64,000 nt of DNA, from positions 96,001 to 160,000 of IMG/VR virus record IMGVR_UViG_3300021979_000003. One strand, written 5' to 3'. Within the stretch, counting starts at the first letter, position 1. Each line of letters begins with the position of its first letter. Below are positions 38,301-51,400 of this stretch, piece after piece. Under the pieces are notes generated by a model, which saw only the letters and a list, made by a program, of their open reading frames with translations, was not told where the DNA came from and made no database searches. This stretch comes from a virus (taxonomy: Duplodnaviria; Caudoviricetes). The position numbers and the translations under genes were made by a program.

Positions 38301-39416
38301 TGTACTATAAACTCAGCGACCCATGTCGGCTTTGTAAGTGAAGAAAAGTATAGTACTTATATTCACGAAGCAACTCTTACTTCTGCTGGTGCAGACAATG
38401 ATATGTTAGGTGTTGTGATAGCATTTGATTTTGATGAAAATGACTTGGTTACTAACAATGCATATAATGATGATCCAAGTAATTATAGTTGGGATATTAA
38501 TACAACAGATGCTTTAATACCTAACGAACATACACTTACATTAATACGTACTAGAAGCACTGAGGCTCATTTAAACGTTAATAGCACACCAGTACAATAC
38601 GCTGTAGTTTATAACTATAACAAGCCCGACGAAAAAGTTATTGCAAATGGTGATGCTTTAATCAATGATACGGTTGGAAACTTTTCAGGAGTAGAAGCTA
38701 AAGTACGTGTTGAAAGAAACGGCGATATCATAAACGTGTGGACAACTGAGTGGTCAGACTCAACTAGTTATGATGGTACTCTTAAAGGTAACATGACTAT
38801 TGACTTAACTTCTGATCCAGACTTAGAGAAGTTCCGTGGTGATAAATCGTATGGTTATTCAGCGCTATCACAACCAAGCGCTACGTACAAAGATATCTTA
38901 TTCACTGATCCCTCTGGTAGAATTTATGATGTAAGTACTGATACCTCATGGTATTATGATGGTACACAATGGATTCAGGACAGTAATACTAACGTTCAAA
39001 GTGAGATTGGTGTAGGAAGACTTATACAAAATCCAACTGATAAGAATATATATTTCGTTAAAAGTCAAGATGAAGTTGTTAAGATATATGATTATGATGA
39101 TCCTAATAATTACTACACTAAAACTGAAGTTGGAAATTTATTAGAATCGTTGAAATGGAACACAGAAGTTACACTTAGTGGTGGTGGAACACAGGTGTTT
39201 GATCTTAATACCATATTTGGAACTAACCTTGGGGATTCTAGAGACGTAATAGTTGATATCAAAGTTCTAGATAATACTTCAGGAAGCCCAACAAATGGAA
39301 TGTGGATAGATGCAAGTGCGGTAGCAACATATGGAATTAATACGACTAATGAAACCGTAACTATTATCAACGAATATACCAACAGTTTGACATTTTACAT
39401 TAGGATATCTCTATAA
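35316..39416 (+). CDS. Long tail-fibre-type protein with coiled-coil repeats and lectin-like C-terminal domain
   Basis: PTGDTNQRP..RYNT, PSYGFANDLDTG, 18-aa repeats, DDSHxH motifs, TSP_C-like domain. Confidence 0.75.
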   Translation: MAKRLYFKDYYYLQGNNVHIHGVGGFKVPTGDTNQRPTVMEGIVRYNTETNSWELGTHDDMVIFNTNNDGSSTFYTKQGGTLFGDIIMDDGRKIQNADGSYIRPSYGFANDLDTGLFRSAENTIDVVVGGELNSNSVPAIRVSRNGSSTGDFDQVVEINADLVINGTVTNVNSVDLEVEDNTITLNKNGTNAGRSGIEIEANGSIASRFYYDFSKSKWSTNNISITDIPLPVMGTDVTNKNYVDVEIQTLDDDLSAVIAQNYQTLDQKIDNEINRATTRENTIESNLNAEITRATGEEQRIEDKFDNAVTNLNNTDASLQQQINNEVTRATGEEQRIENKFDTAVTNLNNTDADLQQQITDEVSRATTREDDLQQQITDEVNRATTRENNIDTALTNEITRATNEEQRIETKFDNAISSSQSTDADLQQQITDEVTRATGEEQRIENKFDTSVTNLNNTDADLQQQITDEVSRATTREDDLQTQIDGKEDTLGFTPEDSANKSQPNGYASLDSNGKVPTSELPNSVFGGIVYQGGWDAINNTPTLQSGVGTRGNYYKVNNASTNTTLNTELDGVTDWAEGDLLLFNGTAWEKFDQTDKVTSVRGTNNTIPKVGDVVLSLQDLGASAYGADLATATDAPDGRSKLGLGTASTLNTGTLEGQIPVRVVNGDLTGNLLGNANTASELQTARTFNFLGDATGSASFKGDSNIDITLTVQDDSHNHIISNVDGLQSVLDGLQNSIDGKLDDTATATNSDLLDNISSEQFLRSDVSDLFTYTNLGLGTGLILEANSDVNVTHSGLVMKAGTNPTAGDRLLTVKSAGESPRLIVEHDGAVKTSNSDMYVGVDVAGTGGNRVFHEGFHPNADALTNSVSLSLSGDVSGTATTDWSGNVDIAVEVVNDSHTHEWSNITSKPVGSTGEVYYFANDGSAVESSMILQQLRIVDNAQRLSEEQQIVVSFEDVFNTWYRFSHGASETYPSDGTETNAWSYQSATDTVECTINSATHVGFVSEEKYSTYIHEATLTSAGADNDMLGVVIAFDFDENDLVTNNAYNDDPSNYSWDINTTDALIPNEHTLTLIRTRSTEAHLNVNSTPVQYAVVYNYNKPDEKVIANGDALINDTVGNFSGVEAKVRVERNGDIINVWTTEWSDSTSYDGTLKGNMTIDLTSDPDLEKFRGDKSYGYSALSQPSATYKDILFTDPSGRIYDVSTDTSWYYDGTQWIQDSNTNVQSEIGVGRLIQNPTDKNIYFVKSQDEVVKIYDYDDPNNYYTKTEVGNLLESLKWNTEVTLSGGGTQVFDLNTIFGTNLGDSRDVIVDIKVLDNTSGSPTNGMWIDASAVATYGINTTNETVTIINEYTNSLTFYIRISL
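36129..36776 (+). repeat. Twelve 54-bp coding repeat units (18-aa coiled coil)
   Basis: E(I/V)xRAT.. and AVTNLNNTDA.LQQQI units; near-identical 147-bp duplication at 36291 and 36615. Confidence 0.9.
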
Positions 39417-42361
39417 TGTCAGTTAATGTACCTGCTTATAATTTAAACGGGCAACAAATAAAAGAACTTTACGGCACCACTGAAACTGCAACTCAGTTTT
39501 ATTATGGTACGGGTTCTACAAACCAGCCATCTTTTGAATTAATTCAGGAAGACTCGTTTAATATCTATTTTTATAGAAAAACAAATACTGGACAGTTATA
39601 CCTTATGGTGGTATTCAATAAGTATACACCAAGTAGAGTAGGACAACCGGGAGGTAGTATATCATTTAGTATCTCCGGTTTAAGCTCTGGGTATAATATA
39701 GAGTTTTCAGATGACTCTACTGAATCTTTTACTATAGTCGATTCGGATACTATATCTAATTCTTATGCATGGCAACGTGACTTGACAGATGGTTTTGCTA
39801 TAGAGCTTATTGAGCCTATTAATACTTTAACCATTGATGTAACCGCGTACAGTAATATTAATCAGTTTAGTTTTATTGATAATAACGAACAATTATATAC
39901 TATCCCATTCTCTTCAACAACGCAGTTGACTATAGAACCAACTCAAATTACATACAGTGGTGACATATATCTTGATCCACCTGCCGGTATCTATCAGGTT
40001 CCTAAAACGGTCAACGTATACCTTTCTGGGAACGTACAGGATGCTATTACGACAAATGATGGTACAACACCAACGTTAGCAGAATATATCGCATATGATA
40101 ACTTGCAACCACCAAACCCTTTTATTGCGGTTGTTCAAGACGGTAAAGGTAATGTTACCTTCGATGGTGGTTTTCCAAAACTTTATAACTATCAACATGA
40201 CCCTGCGTGGACAACATTTAATGATTTGAGTCCTACTTTTAAGTATGCATATAATGTGTTGGATTATATTTCTAACGATGATAAAGTTCAAGCTGGTAAC
40301 AATAAGATATTAATTCTTGGTGATGCGAACACCGGAGCTAACTATTGTATTAAAGAGACTGCTACAAATGACTTCTACCTTTCTTTGGAAAAGCTTTCTG
40401 AGGTTAGTGGCTATGAGTTTGTTTATAGAACTACTGAAGACTATGGTACTGAACTAAATCCCTCGTATGCCTTCTTAGAAGAACACGTAGCAGTAGTTTT
40501 ATTTTCCACATTAAGTCTTTCTGAAGGTGCAGGAAAATTATCAACTCAAGCAATAGCAAACCTTGTCGCTTTTCGTGAGAATGGTAATGGTATTTTCATT
40601 ATAACCGATCATGGTTCAGGCCCTAGTGGGTTTTATGTAACTGCAAACCAATTAGCATCTGAATATGGCGCATACTTTGAAGGTAATTATAATCGAACTT
40701 CAGTTAATGTAGGTTTTCTTCGTTCTACCTATGGTGACCATCCTTTGTATAACAACCTACTAGATACTGATGATATATATGCGGGTGGTTCTGAGTCTCG
40801 TGTATTCGTTACAGAATACCCAACATATAATAATAGCACTATTCCTGATCAAGACCTTAGCACTCCCGGTTATACAAGTTATAAGTATCTATTGCGTGAT
40901 ACTAATGGTGATTTACAGTCTTTAAACTATACTTATGGATTACAGGTTGCTGAGATTGTAAATTTCTTAAATGAGCAAGATCAAATTATAACTATTAAAA
41001 ATATTGGTGTTGAAAATCGTGCGGCAATTGACTTTCAAATTAATGATGCGGGTCTAGGGGATATAAATGGTCTGGTTAAAAGAAACGGTATCGTAGTTGG
41101 TGATGTATTCTTTGATGGAACAACTCAAGAAGTACAATACTATCGTCATGATGGTAATCAAATAATCGTTGATGATGGTGACATTATTAGTGTTGAGATA
41201 ACATCCCCACTACAATATACTAAAAATTTACAAATAGAAAGGTTTCAACCATCAGTAGATGACATATATTCATATTCAAGGTTCTTATCAGAAATTAATA
41301 ACCCAGAATGGTTTACTCAGAAAGTCAACCGAAATGAGTTTTCTGTGTTAGATAATATGAACTATAACCGTTCATATCGAAGAGCCTATAACATTGAGCG
41401 TATACGTGGTTACGTTAACAACACAGGCGAGTTACCTGAAGCTACTGCACTGGTGTACTCTAATCCAACTGACGCTCAGAACGCGTTAGCGACCGTCGCA
41501 GAGCCAACACAACAAGATATATTCAACCAGTTTGGAATATTTGCGATGGCAGGCGCAACCCAATCGTATTATCCTACTAAGTCTGATGCCCCTAATACTG
41601 ATCCATATTCTACATGGGTTTATGATACTAATTTAAATGCTATAGTACAGACTGCTAATACTGGTTTCTATACAGGTTTCGTAAGTCCAGAATACCTAGA
41701 TAGGTATGTATTGGAAGTGACTGTAACTTCACCGGGAGGTGATGATGATGTTATTGGTGTAGTAGCGGCACATTATTGGGATGCTACTAATGGAGAAAAC
41801 TATACATTATCATTTGATGTGAACAATGGTGGTATATTTGGAAACCTTGGTCCTATTGTTGCTAATAAAAATCATAGAGGAATTGGAGAAAAAGTACTTG
41901 GTGTTAGTAATCATGATGTTACTTATGCCAATGCAGCAAGTGGCAATGGTTGGTCAGGAAGACGTATGCGTGTTAAAGTCGAACGTAACCAAAATATAAT
42001 TAAAATGGTCGCCACGAAATGGGATGTGTTAGATACTTACGATCCTGCAAGTGAAATTATTATAGACATAAATTCAGACCCAGATTTGAGTATGTTTGCT
42101 GGACCCAAGTCTTATGGTTATTCTTCTAGGTCACAGGCCAATAGTACATTTGAAAACATAAGCTTTACCGGTGGTGTTAACTATGATTTCGTTGTTGACA
42201 TGCAGCAACAGATTGTATATCGTTACAACGTTGTGACACTTCAATGGGAAAGTACTGGTATAACTGTTCAAGACCTTTACGGGTATCCGAGAACCGTTCG
42301 AAACCCCAACACAGGAGAAACTTTCTACATAACTGAAACGTCAGTCACACAAATCTCTTAA
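39416..42361 (+). CDS. Virion/fibre-associated protein with lectin-like C-terminal domain
   Basis: 981 aa, TAATG-coupled to upstream fibre gene; C-terminus paralogous to it. Confidence 0.65.
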   Translation: MSVNVPAYNLNGQQIKELYGTTETATQFYYGTGSTNQPSFELIQEDSFNIYFYRKTNTGQLYLMVVFNKYTPSRVGQPGGSISFSISGLSSGYNIEFSDDSTESFTIVDSDTISNSYAWQRDLTDGFAIELIEPINTLTIDVTAYSNINQFSFIDNNEQLYTIPFSSTTQLTIEPTQITYSGDIYLDPPAGIYQVPKTVNVYLSGNVQDAITTNDGTTPTLAEYIAYDNLQPPNPFIAVVQDGKGNVTFDGGFPKLYNYQHDPAWTTFNDLSPTFKYAYNVLDYISNDDKVQAGNNKILILGDANTGANYCIKETATNDFYLSLEKLSEVSGYEFVYRTTEDYGTELNPSYAFLEEHVAVVLFSTLSLSEGAGKLSTQAIANLVAFRENGNGIFIITDHGSGPSGFYVTANQLASEYGAYFEGNYNRTSVNVGFLRSTYGDHPLYNNLLDTDDIYAGGSESRVFVTEYPTYNNSTIPDQDLSTPGYTSYKYLLRDTNGDLQSLNYTYGLQVAEIVNFLNEQDQIITIKNIGVENRAAIDFQINDAGLGDINGLVKRNGIVVGDVFFDGTTQEVQYYRHDGNQIIVDDGDIISVEITSPLQYTKNLQIERFQPSVDDIYSYSRFLSEINNPEWFTQKVNRNEFSVLDNMNYNRSYRRAYNIERIRGYVNNTGELPEATALVYSNPTDAQNALATVAEPTQQDIFNQFGIFAMAGATQSYYPTKSDAPNTDPYSTWVYDTNLNAIVQTANTGFYTGFVSPEYLDRYVLEVTVTSPGGDDDVIGVVAAHYWDATNGENYTLSFDVNNGGIFGNLGPIVANKNHRGIGEKVLGVSNHDVTYANAASGNGWSGRRMRVKVERNQNIIKMVATKWDVLDTYDPASEIIIDINSDPDLSMFAGPKSYGYSSRSQANSTFENISFTGGVNYDFVVDMQQQIVYRYNVVTLQWESTGITVQDLYGYPRTVRNPNTGETFYITETSVTQIS

Positions 42362-42386
42362 TTATCTTGTACCTTAATTTTGTAGC

Positions 42387-42394
42387 TATAAATA
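42387..42394 (+). promoter_or_regulatory. Late promoter
   Basis: TATAAATA upstream of the giant gene. Confidence 0.75.
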
Positions 42395-42423
42395 GTTTAT
42401 ATAGCAATATTATGGAGTAATAA

Positions 42424-45400
42424 ATGGCTGATAAAAATATCAAGAATTTCCTTCCTTCGGTATTCCGTACAAATAAAATTAAAAACTTCATGGATTCAAC
42501 TTCGGAGACATTGTTCAGTGACAATAACTCCGAGAATAAATCTTATTTTGTTGGTAGACGTGTAGGTGGACTTTACGATCCACTAAGCGATTACTATGCT
42601 CAAGAAATTAATAAGATCAGGGAAAACTATCAGCTTGAACCATCGCTTGTTATTCGTGATAAAGACACCAGTGAAGTAAATGATGTTCTATTTTACGAAG
42701 ACCTTCTAAGAAGTCTTGAAAACTCAGGATCACAAGTAAGTGATCATTCTCGTCTATTTGCTTCTACGAAGTTTTCTTATGCACCACCTATCGACATGGA
42801 TATGTTTATCAATTACTCAGACTACTACTGGTATCCAGAAGGTGGTTTCGAAATTCGTGTTGATGCTAATCCATCTGATTTAGAAGGAAGAATTGCAGCC
42901 ACTGTACGTATCATCGAAACTAGTGAACCACTAGAAGTATCTACGGGTATGCATTTAGAGCTAAACGACAATAACATTTATATTGTTGAAGGTGTTGGTA
43001 CATATATTCGCTTGATTGAGTTTGATCCAGATAATAATAAGCCATTCAAAATAGACCGTGTGTACAATGTCACACAGACTTCCAATGATGTTATTGAAAG
43101 GTTCCCTGCTGAATACATCACTATGGAGCGTGGTGCAAATGATAAAAACCCATGGTCCAGAAATAATTCTTGGTATCACAAGGATGTTATTAATAAAATA
43201 ATCGGTCAGAGCAGATTCCTAGCAGAAAGAAGCCGTAGGGCACAGCGTCCAATAATTTGTTTTAGACGCGACCTTGAGCTTTATAACTATGGTAATCATT
43301 TTGATTTTGTTAAATCAATTGATACTACTTTATCTACATCTATGGATGGCGCAAACATTGAATCTGGTGATAAAGTAATAATCAACGGTGATTCTAACAT
43401 ATATCAATATGATGGTTCTGCATTCTTGAGCGTAGCGCAAGCAAACCATGATGATAAAGTTACTATCTATGATGGAAATAACAAAGCTGATGAATTTAAG
43501 TGGGATTCTATTGAAGATGATTGGGTTCTATGTCAACGAAAGTTAGAAGTAAACCAACCGATCCTTTTCAATATTTACGATTCGAATGATGAGAACGCTA
43601 CGCTAATTTCTGATGAGTTCAAGTACCCGAACAGTTCATTTGATGGCTGTGAAATATTCCGTTACGCTAGGTCTTCTACTAGTCTTGAAGACCCTGTTCT
43701 TGGATTTGGTATTAGATATAAAGCTTTCCGTGAATCCTCAGATATTGTATTTGAGAACGCTATGTCTGATACTTGTACATACGAAATCGGTGGCGAAACG
43801 CGTACAATACAAAATGGTTTCTATAAAGTAAACAACCCCAATAACATTGAAAGAAATAATATTATTAAATTTACTATCGGAAAAGATTATACTACTGGTA
43901 ATCCTGTAGTTTATATCAATGGTAGACAGCAACGTAATATTGTTTTGAAGGCCAACACACAATACCGTTTGGATTATACCGACAGTAGTACTACTGTACG
44001 TGGATGGTATGAAAATTACAGTCCTATTGAAATTTTGGATGAGACTGGAAGTCAGGTTATTCGCCCAACACATGCAGATTCCTCAAAGAATGATGTTCTT
44101 TATACATTTAATGAAACTTCTGCTGGTGGATATGTCTATAAGACCTCTTATTACGAAGGTCGTATCTATGTAGTTAATGAGACAGTAGAAGATTTTTATT
44201 TCGAAAACTCATGGATTGAATCAGAAGACACAAATATAACATTAAAATTAGAAAAACTAGTTACTGATGAAAATGATTTAGAAGTTAAGCTTTCATATAC
44301 TCCAAGAAATGATAACGCAATTCGTGTTACATACAATGGCGATGTATTGGGTAAATCATCTTATTACTTTTCAGTAGATAGTGTGTTCATTACAGATATT
44401 GAGGGTGAAGTTGAGAAAGGCGATTATATTGAAGTCTTTTACACTACTAATGATCCGGTGAGTAATGAATCTGAAGAAATTCAGATGGTTCACCCTAGTT
44501 TGAATAATAACCCCAATAACGATGATATTGAAGATTTCGCTTTCTCTGAAGTGTTTGATCAGTTCCGTTCTATTATTAGAAACCAACCGTTTCTTAAAGG
44601 TACGGCTCTAACTGATAACAATTTCCGAGATACTATCAAGGATGGCTCTTTAGGTACTTCTATTCTAAAACACAGTGCGCCAATGGTCCCACTAATGTTT
44701 GCAAACCTATCAGATGAAGCTGACGTTGTTGAAGCAATCATCAGCGCAAAGGATTACTATAATAACTTTAAAAATTCATTGATCGTTGAATCAGATGAGT
44801 TTAACAGAAACAACGATATAACAAACGAGAATGTTAGAGATATCTTTGATGATATTGTTGCGTCTATTAACTCTGGTCGTCGTAAAACAGACCCTTATGC
44901 ATATTCATACATGTTTGCAACATACAACAAATATACAAACGTTACCTTTGATGCATCTGGTGTCGCTAGTGAGTACCTTGACATAGATATTGATTCGAAC
45001 GAGTTATATATCTACACGCAAGACGGTTTAAGATTAATTGATATCGATTACCGTATTGAAAACGATAGCTCTACCTTAACAACTACACTAGTTCCATTAA
45101 CGTTCAGTATAGAAGATATTATTGAATCTCGTTATTACCAAGAAATGGAACCATCCTTCTGTGCGCCCACTCCTATGAAGTTTGGTCTTGATCGTCCAAA
45201 GCGCCCAGAAATTATTAAAGATGAAACTTATCTTTCTGACAAGTACTTTATTATAGGCCATGATGGATCGAAATTCTTAGCATACTCATCTGAAGATCAA
45301 ATTAACTCAGGTGAGCTAGACGGTAGAGACTTGTTGGTGCTTGAACTTGAGAAAAGAATCTATAATGGTATACGTCCTGAGTTCAAAGACGAAAGTAAGT

Positions 45401-48400
45401 TTATCATTAACTTAAGTGATGTAACACCTTCTTACTATAAAGAATTGTCAGTAACTAAACAGTTTGTTGAAGATGTAGAGTTCAGATTCTTCAGCAAATG
45501 GTGTAATGATAATAATATCAACTATACTGCTAATGATACGTTCGATATCAACAATGAATTAACTTATAACATACCAAGATTTGAAACTGATAATGGCGTT
45601 GTAATAAGCGGTCATTGGAAATCTATCTATCAATATTTCTATGGTACTGTTACTCCTAATAAAACACCGTGGGAAATGCTTGAGTTTAAGATAAAGCCTT
45701 CATGGTGGGAATCAGAATATGGCACTGACTATTCAAGCAATAACACTCAGATGTGGAGTGATATCGAACAGGGTATTGTGAGACAAGGTGTGCGTGAGAA
45801 CCTAGCGTTTGATGCGTATAAATCTTCCACAAACCGTCTAAGAAAAGATGGGTTGATGCAAATTCTCCCTGTAGATTCCAATGGTGATTTACGTACAGTG
45901 AGTGATATAGGACTGGTTGATAGTTCTACCTTTAATTATTATCAAATTAAACGTGAATGGTCATTCGGTGAATATGGACCGGTAGAACAGGCATGGAGAA
46001 ATAGTTCAGATTACAGCTTCGTTAAGCAAGCGCTGTTTTATATTTCTAAACCTCTACAGTATATCACAGAGGCTTGGGATACTGAACTAAGCTTTAATCT
46101 TCCAGTGGGTAACGTTCATAAGCCTTCTGAAATGGGCGTACACTCTTTTGTGGAGAATAGCACTAATTTTAATTACGTTGCTGGTGTGTCACAGTGGCTA
46201 TACTCTTACCTACAGGTAAAGAATCTTTCTGGTGAAAGATTGCTACGTGATAGATTTTATGAATCAGATATTCAACTGTCACATAAAGCTGGTGGATTTA
46301 TCGATTCAACTAATATTAATATTTCTACAGAAACGTTCAACCCACGTTCTGATAGTACGGTCACTAATATTCCAACAGAAGACATTAGTGTCCTTTTACA
46401 TGAAAGTAAAGACATTAAAACTGAAACTTATAGTGGTGTTCTAGTTGAGCGTGTGGACGCAGACAAAACTTTCTATAATTTCAATGAAGGTCAAATTTAT
46501 GATATCAATGAAGTAGTTTATAATACAAATGATAAAAACTATTATAAGCTGGTTTCAGATCATAAAAGCTATCCTGATTTTGAACCATTTACTCTATATG
46601 TCACTGGACGCGTAGTTAAGTATGCAAATAGATTATATGTCTGTCTGGAAGACTATAGAAGCGATGATCAAGAGTTCCCCAATAATAGTTCTAAGTGGAA
46701 ACTAAGAGGTTTCGTAGCAAATGATTGGGCACTATTAACAGGTAAGCCTTCTGCGAAAACTACATACTTCAAGGTATATGGTTACGATCTATATGATTCT
46801 GGATTTAGAACAATACCAGCTAGTGATACGTCACGCGATATTGAAATTACTGTACCAACCGTGGACAGTAAGCAAGTTCCTGTAGTTAATTGGGAACCAA
46901 ATAAGCAATTCTATACTGGTCAATATGTAAGAATTAATGACGGTAACCTTTTTGCGTGTAGAAGGGATCATGTATCTTCTGAAGTTTTTGACACTCAGCT
47001 ATGGGTTAGAAGTGATAAACTACCATTTACTAATATGGCTAGTGTGAATGTTAAAACTGAAGGTTCTAATAAAGTTTCTTACGTTCCTTATGGTACTGTG
47101 TTTAGAACCACACGAGAAGTATCAGAATTCCTTATGGCTTATGGAAGATATCTAGAGAGTCGTGGATGGAAATTTGATTCTTTCGACTCAAGCAGAAATA
47201 AATTTAAAAATTGGAAATTATCCGTAGAAGAGTTTATTCGTTGGGCTTATGAAAATCAATCTGCTGGAAGTGTAATTGGTTTATCTCCTATCTCAGAAGA
47301 TATTAAATTCTCTGCGAGTCACGGTGTTCCAAGTATCACCCGCAATAAAATCAATACTCCGGTAACTCTTATTGGACCAAAGGGTAATATTATTGACCCT
47401 AAGAACGCTGAATATAACCGCTCTGGTGGTATCTACCACGTAATGGCTGGCGAACCAGTGTTCTTCTGTAAGCTCTCTATTAAAGAGTATGAGCATATCA
47501 TTACGGTTAACAATAGAACTGTGTTCAATGATGTAATTTATGATCCAGAATTGGGTATACGTAAAGACCGTCTAAAAATCCGCACCCTTAAGACTAAAGG
47601 ATGGGATGGACGTTTACGTGCAGAAGGTTTCATTGTGACCGGTGATAAAATTTTACCTAACTTTGAAACGTCTGTTTCCGATATTAAATCTATTTCGGAT
47701 AAAGATGTCATTTCTATCCAAGATATATACAACCGCCTGAAGTATCACAACTTTGGTTACGAACAGCGTTCATACCTTGAAGGTCTTTCTATGGACGCCA
47801 AGGCACAGATATCCTTCTATGAAGGGTTTGTGCGTCAGAAAGGCACCTCAGAAGCGTTCCAGAGGCTATTACGATCTTCTGAGCTAGATGTTAGTGGTGA
47901 TATGAAAATCAACGAAGAGTGGGCGTTTAAGCAAGGCACATTCGGTTCTGTTGAGACTGATCAGCGTGTGGAAATTCTATTCGATAACACAGATATGAAA
48001 TCCACACCACAGGCAGTGTATCTTGAATATAAGCAAGAATTTGAAAACAAAAAAGCGACAGATGTATATGTAGACATTGAAGATAGAGATAAGTGGATCA
48101 CAAAACCAAAATCTCTGGTTGATGGAAATATATTCGTTGAAACGAAATTCAATAACGTCAAAAAGTATCCAACCGCTGGATATGTCCGCTGGTCAGATGC
48201 TGACTTTAAAGCATTTACTTTAAAAGGATTGGGGGCATCTATTAGAGAATCGAATCGTTCTATTGTGGAAGGTATGAGAGCTTGGATTGCTAAAGATAGT
48301 TCAGAGCAGTATGGATGGAACGTTTACCATAGCTCTTTTGTTAATGTAACGGTTGACGAAATTATTACACTTGGTAGAAATTCCGTTTCCAGTGCGGTGC

Positions 48401-51400
48401 TAAGACTTTCTGGTGATGTTAATGAAGATTATGTGTATGGTATATATGACGGTGGATACAACTATACATTTAAATTAACTAAAATTGATCCAAACGATAA
48501 CGTTTATATCATGTTAAGCTTCGATGAAGAAATGTATACAACATTTGAATCATCCGAAGATTTGACTTCACTAAATCAATTGCAGTTTGTGCGTTGGGTT
48601 CCAAGTCGAATCAATATGTTCTATCACCAGTTCTTTGATGATGTACAAGATACTATTGATACTTTTATTGGTAATATTGCACACTCTCCAAGTGATGGTT
48701 ATAGACTATACATTGATATAACCAACAGCCCTGTTTCTTACAAGGCAGAAGTTATGAATAGTAACCCTTATGAATACTGGTCTTTTGATAGTAATTCATA
48801 TGCAGGTATGAATGGCAATAACTTTAGTCAACAGGATTCATCATCTGTACCGTCTGACGTTATCAACAACTATAATTCACTGGTGAGTGATGGAACTACG
48901 TTTAGTCCAGCTAGTGATGAATGGCCTAATATGATTTGGTCAGATTTAGGCTCAACCACAGAAAACACTAAAACAATCGAGTTTTGGTTTGAATATGATG
49001 AGACTGTTAGATTTACCGAAGATATGTCCCATAGCTATCCGATTGCTGCGATAGTTCAGAGAGATACTACTGGTGAAGTTGTCTCTACCCATATTGGCGT
49101 ATATCCAGATACGGATAATGAAACTAACGATTATCGTGTGATTCATACAATTGATGGAAACCTAGAATACAGTTCTTCTATACCTCTAGAAAACGGTATG
49201 AACCATTGTGTACTTACTGTAGATAATGGTCCTTCTGGTAATACAATTAAAACTGTAATTAATGGTACAGTAGTTGATGAGGTAAGTTCAATTAACGGTA
49301 TTGTACAGAACACCACCCATAGTGTATTTGTCGCTTGTGTTGATAATCATCAAAGCGGCGATGACATGCCAATGGTTGATGAACTAGCATTCTATGAAAG
49401 CTCACTTTCTATTATCGATATACAATCGCACTATCGCTCTGGTATTGCAGGACTGGTAGCGTCGAACGAAGAAAAATGGGGAGTATTTGAATATAACTCT
49501 GGTTCTTGGTCTGTCGTTTATGAAGAGAAACCTGTTATTGATACTGACATGATCCATGAGTGTTTAATATACAACACTGAAGATAGCTCATATATCGACA
49601 ATGTTAAGATACATGATCCAGTTAAAGGATACTTTGCTGGTGCACCTATTCAAGACATCGATTACATCACTGAGTACGATCCTGTAGACTACAATTCTGG
49701 TACAGAAAATTACAGTGCGTGGGGTAGCAACAAAGTAGGTACTGTATGGTGGGATACATCTACCATGAGATACCTAGAGTATGAAAACGGTACTAGTGAA
49801 GACAGAATAAACTTCTGGGGTACATTATTCCCACAGAGTACTATAGATGTATATGAGTGGAGACAATCTACTGTAGTTCCTTCTGAATACGAAGGAACTG
49901 GTACACCATACACAACTGAAGAATATGTGTTTGAAGATGTTTATGATGAAGAAACTAATGAAACTACGAGATTCTACTTCTTCTGGGTTAAGAACACCAG
50001 TGGTATTCCTGAGAATACAAATAGAACTAGTAGCATCGTTAATATTTCAAACTCAATTAGGTATCCTGATAACAATGGTGTTCCTTATATCAATTTTATT
50101 AATAATGAATGCATTCTACTAAACGATAACACAAATGTTATGGTTCAGAATGACTTTGTACTTCAGATTGAATATGAAACCAATAAAGATGATATTGACA
50201 CACATACTCAATGGACTCTAGTATCTGAAGATGAAAGAGAAGATGAAATTCCAGATTTCCTATTCAACAAAATGATTGATAGCATTCTTGGATACACTGA
50301 AGAAGATGTGAACGGTATTGTACATCAAATACCTGACGTGAACCTTTCTGAGTCAAAGAAATATGGAAACCTACAATTCCCTCGTCAAACATGGTTTATT
50401 AATACTAAAGAGGCACGTAGAAACTTCTTTGAAGCTATCAACGAAGCTTTAGAGGGTATTAACATTTGGGATGTCGAACTATTCTGGGAAGAATTAAATG
50501 AAGATGTCCTACGTGATACGAAATACTTTGGACTAATTGATTGGTATAAAGAAGGCTATGACCCGTTAACTATAGTTTCCAACTTGGTTAATAAACGTGT
50601 TGATATTCTAACAACACCACTAAATGATGGTGAGTATATCAAAGTGAACGAATCTGTAGGAAGAATGCCTTCAGTATACGAAAGTGGATTTACTATCTAT
50701 CAGTATCATTCTGATATTAATAGTTATGAAAAAGTAGGACAATCTCGTGCAGAATTGAAGTTCAAAGAAGCCTTCTATGTTGATGATATAAGTCAAGAAG
50801 ATGCTGCTAAAATACGCGATATTCTAGGAATTGTTTTCGAAACGTTCTTGGGTAAACAACGTCCAGAGTTTATTAATAAGATTTTCTACACTATGGTTAG
50901 ATATGTAATCAGTGAACAGCCAACAAATGATTGGGTGTTCCCAACGACTTACATAAACATCAACCAAGAGTCTAGAAGCTTAATTAAGAAGCGTGTTTAT
51001 CAGGATGACAAAGAAGAAGAAATTATTGGATATGTTACTGAAGCAAAACCTTTCCATACTAAGCTAAGGGAAATTAATAAAATTGCTACAGGTGATATTG
51101 AATACAATGGTTTCTATGTTACTGATTTTGATAAACCCCCGTATCTAACTGATTCGAGAGAAATTATCAATATTCAAGAAGAAACTATTGATACTATTCC
51201 GTACAAGAAAGACTTGTACTACAACCTAAGCATTCGAAATGCAAAACCTGTTGAATACTGGCCGATGAATGTGAAGTATTCACCAAGCACTATCGAAGGT
51301 GAATTTGGCGTTAACTTCTATAACAGAGATAGTGATTTCGTTGCTAAACCTAGTGGTATCTGTTTCAACAACGGTTTCGAACTGCTTGGACCATATAGCA

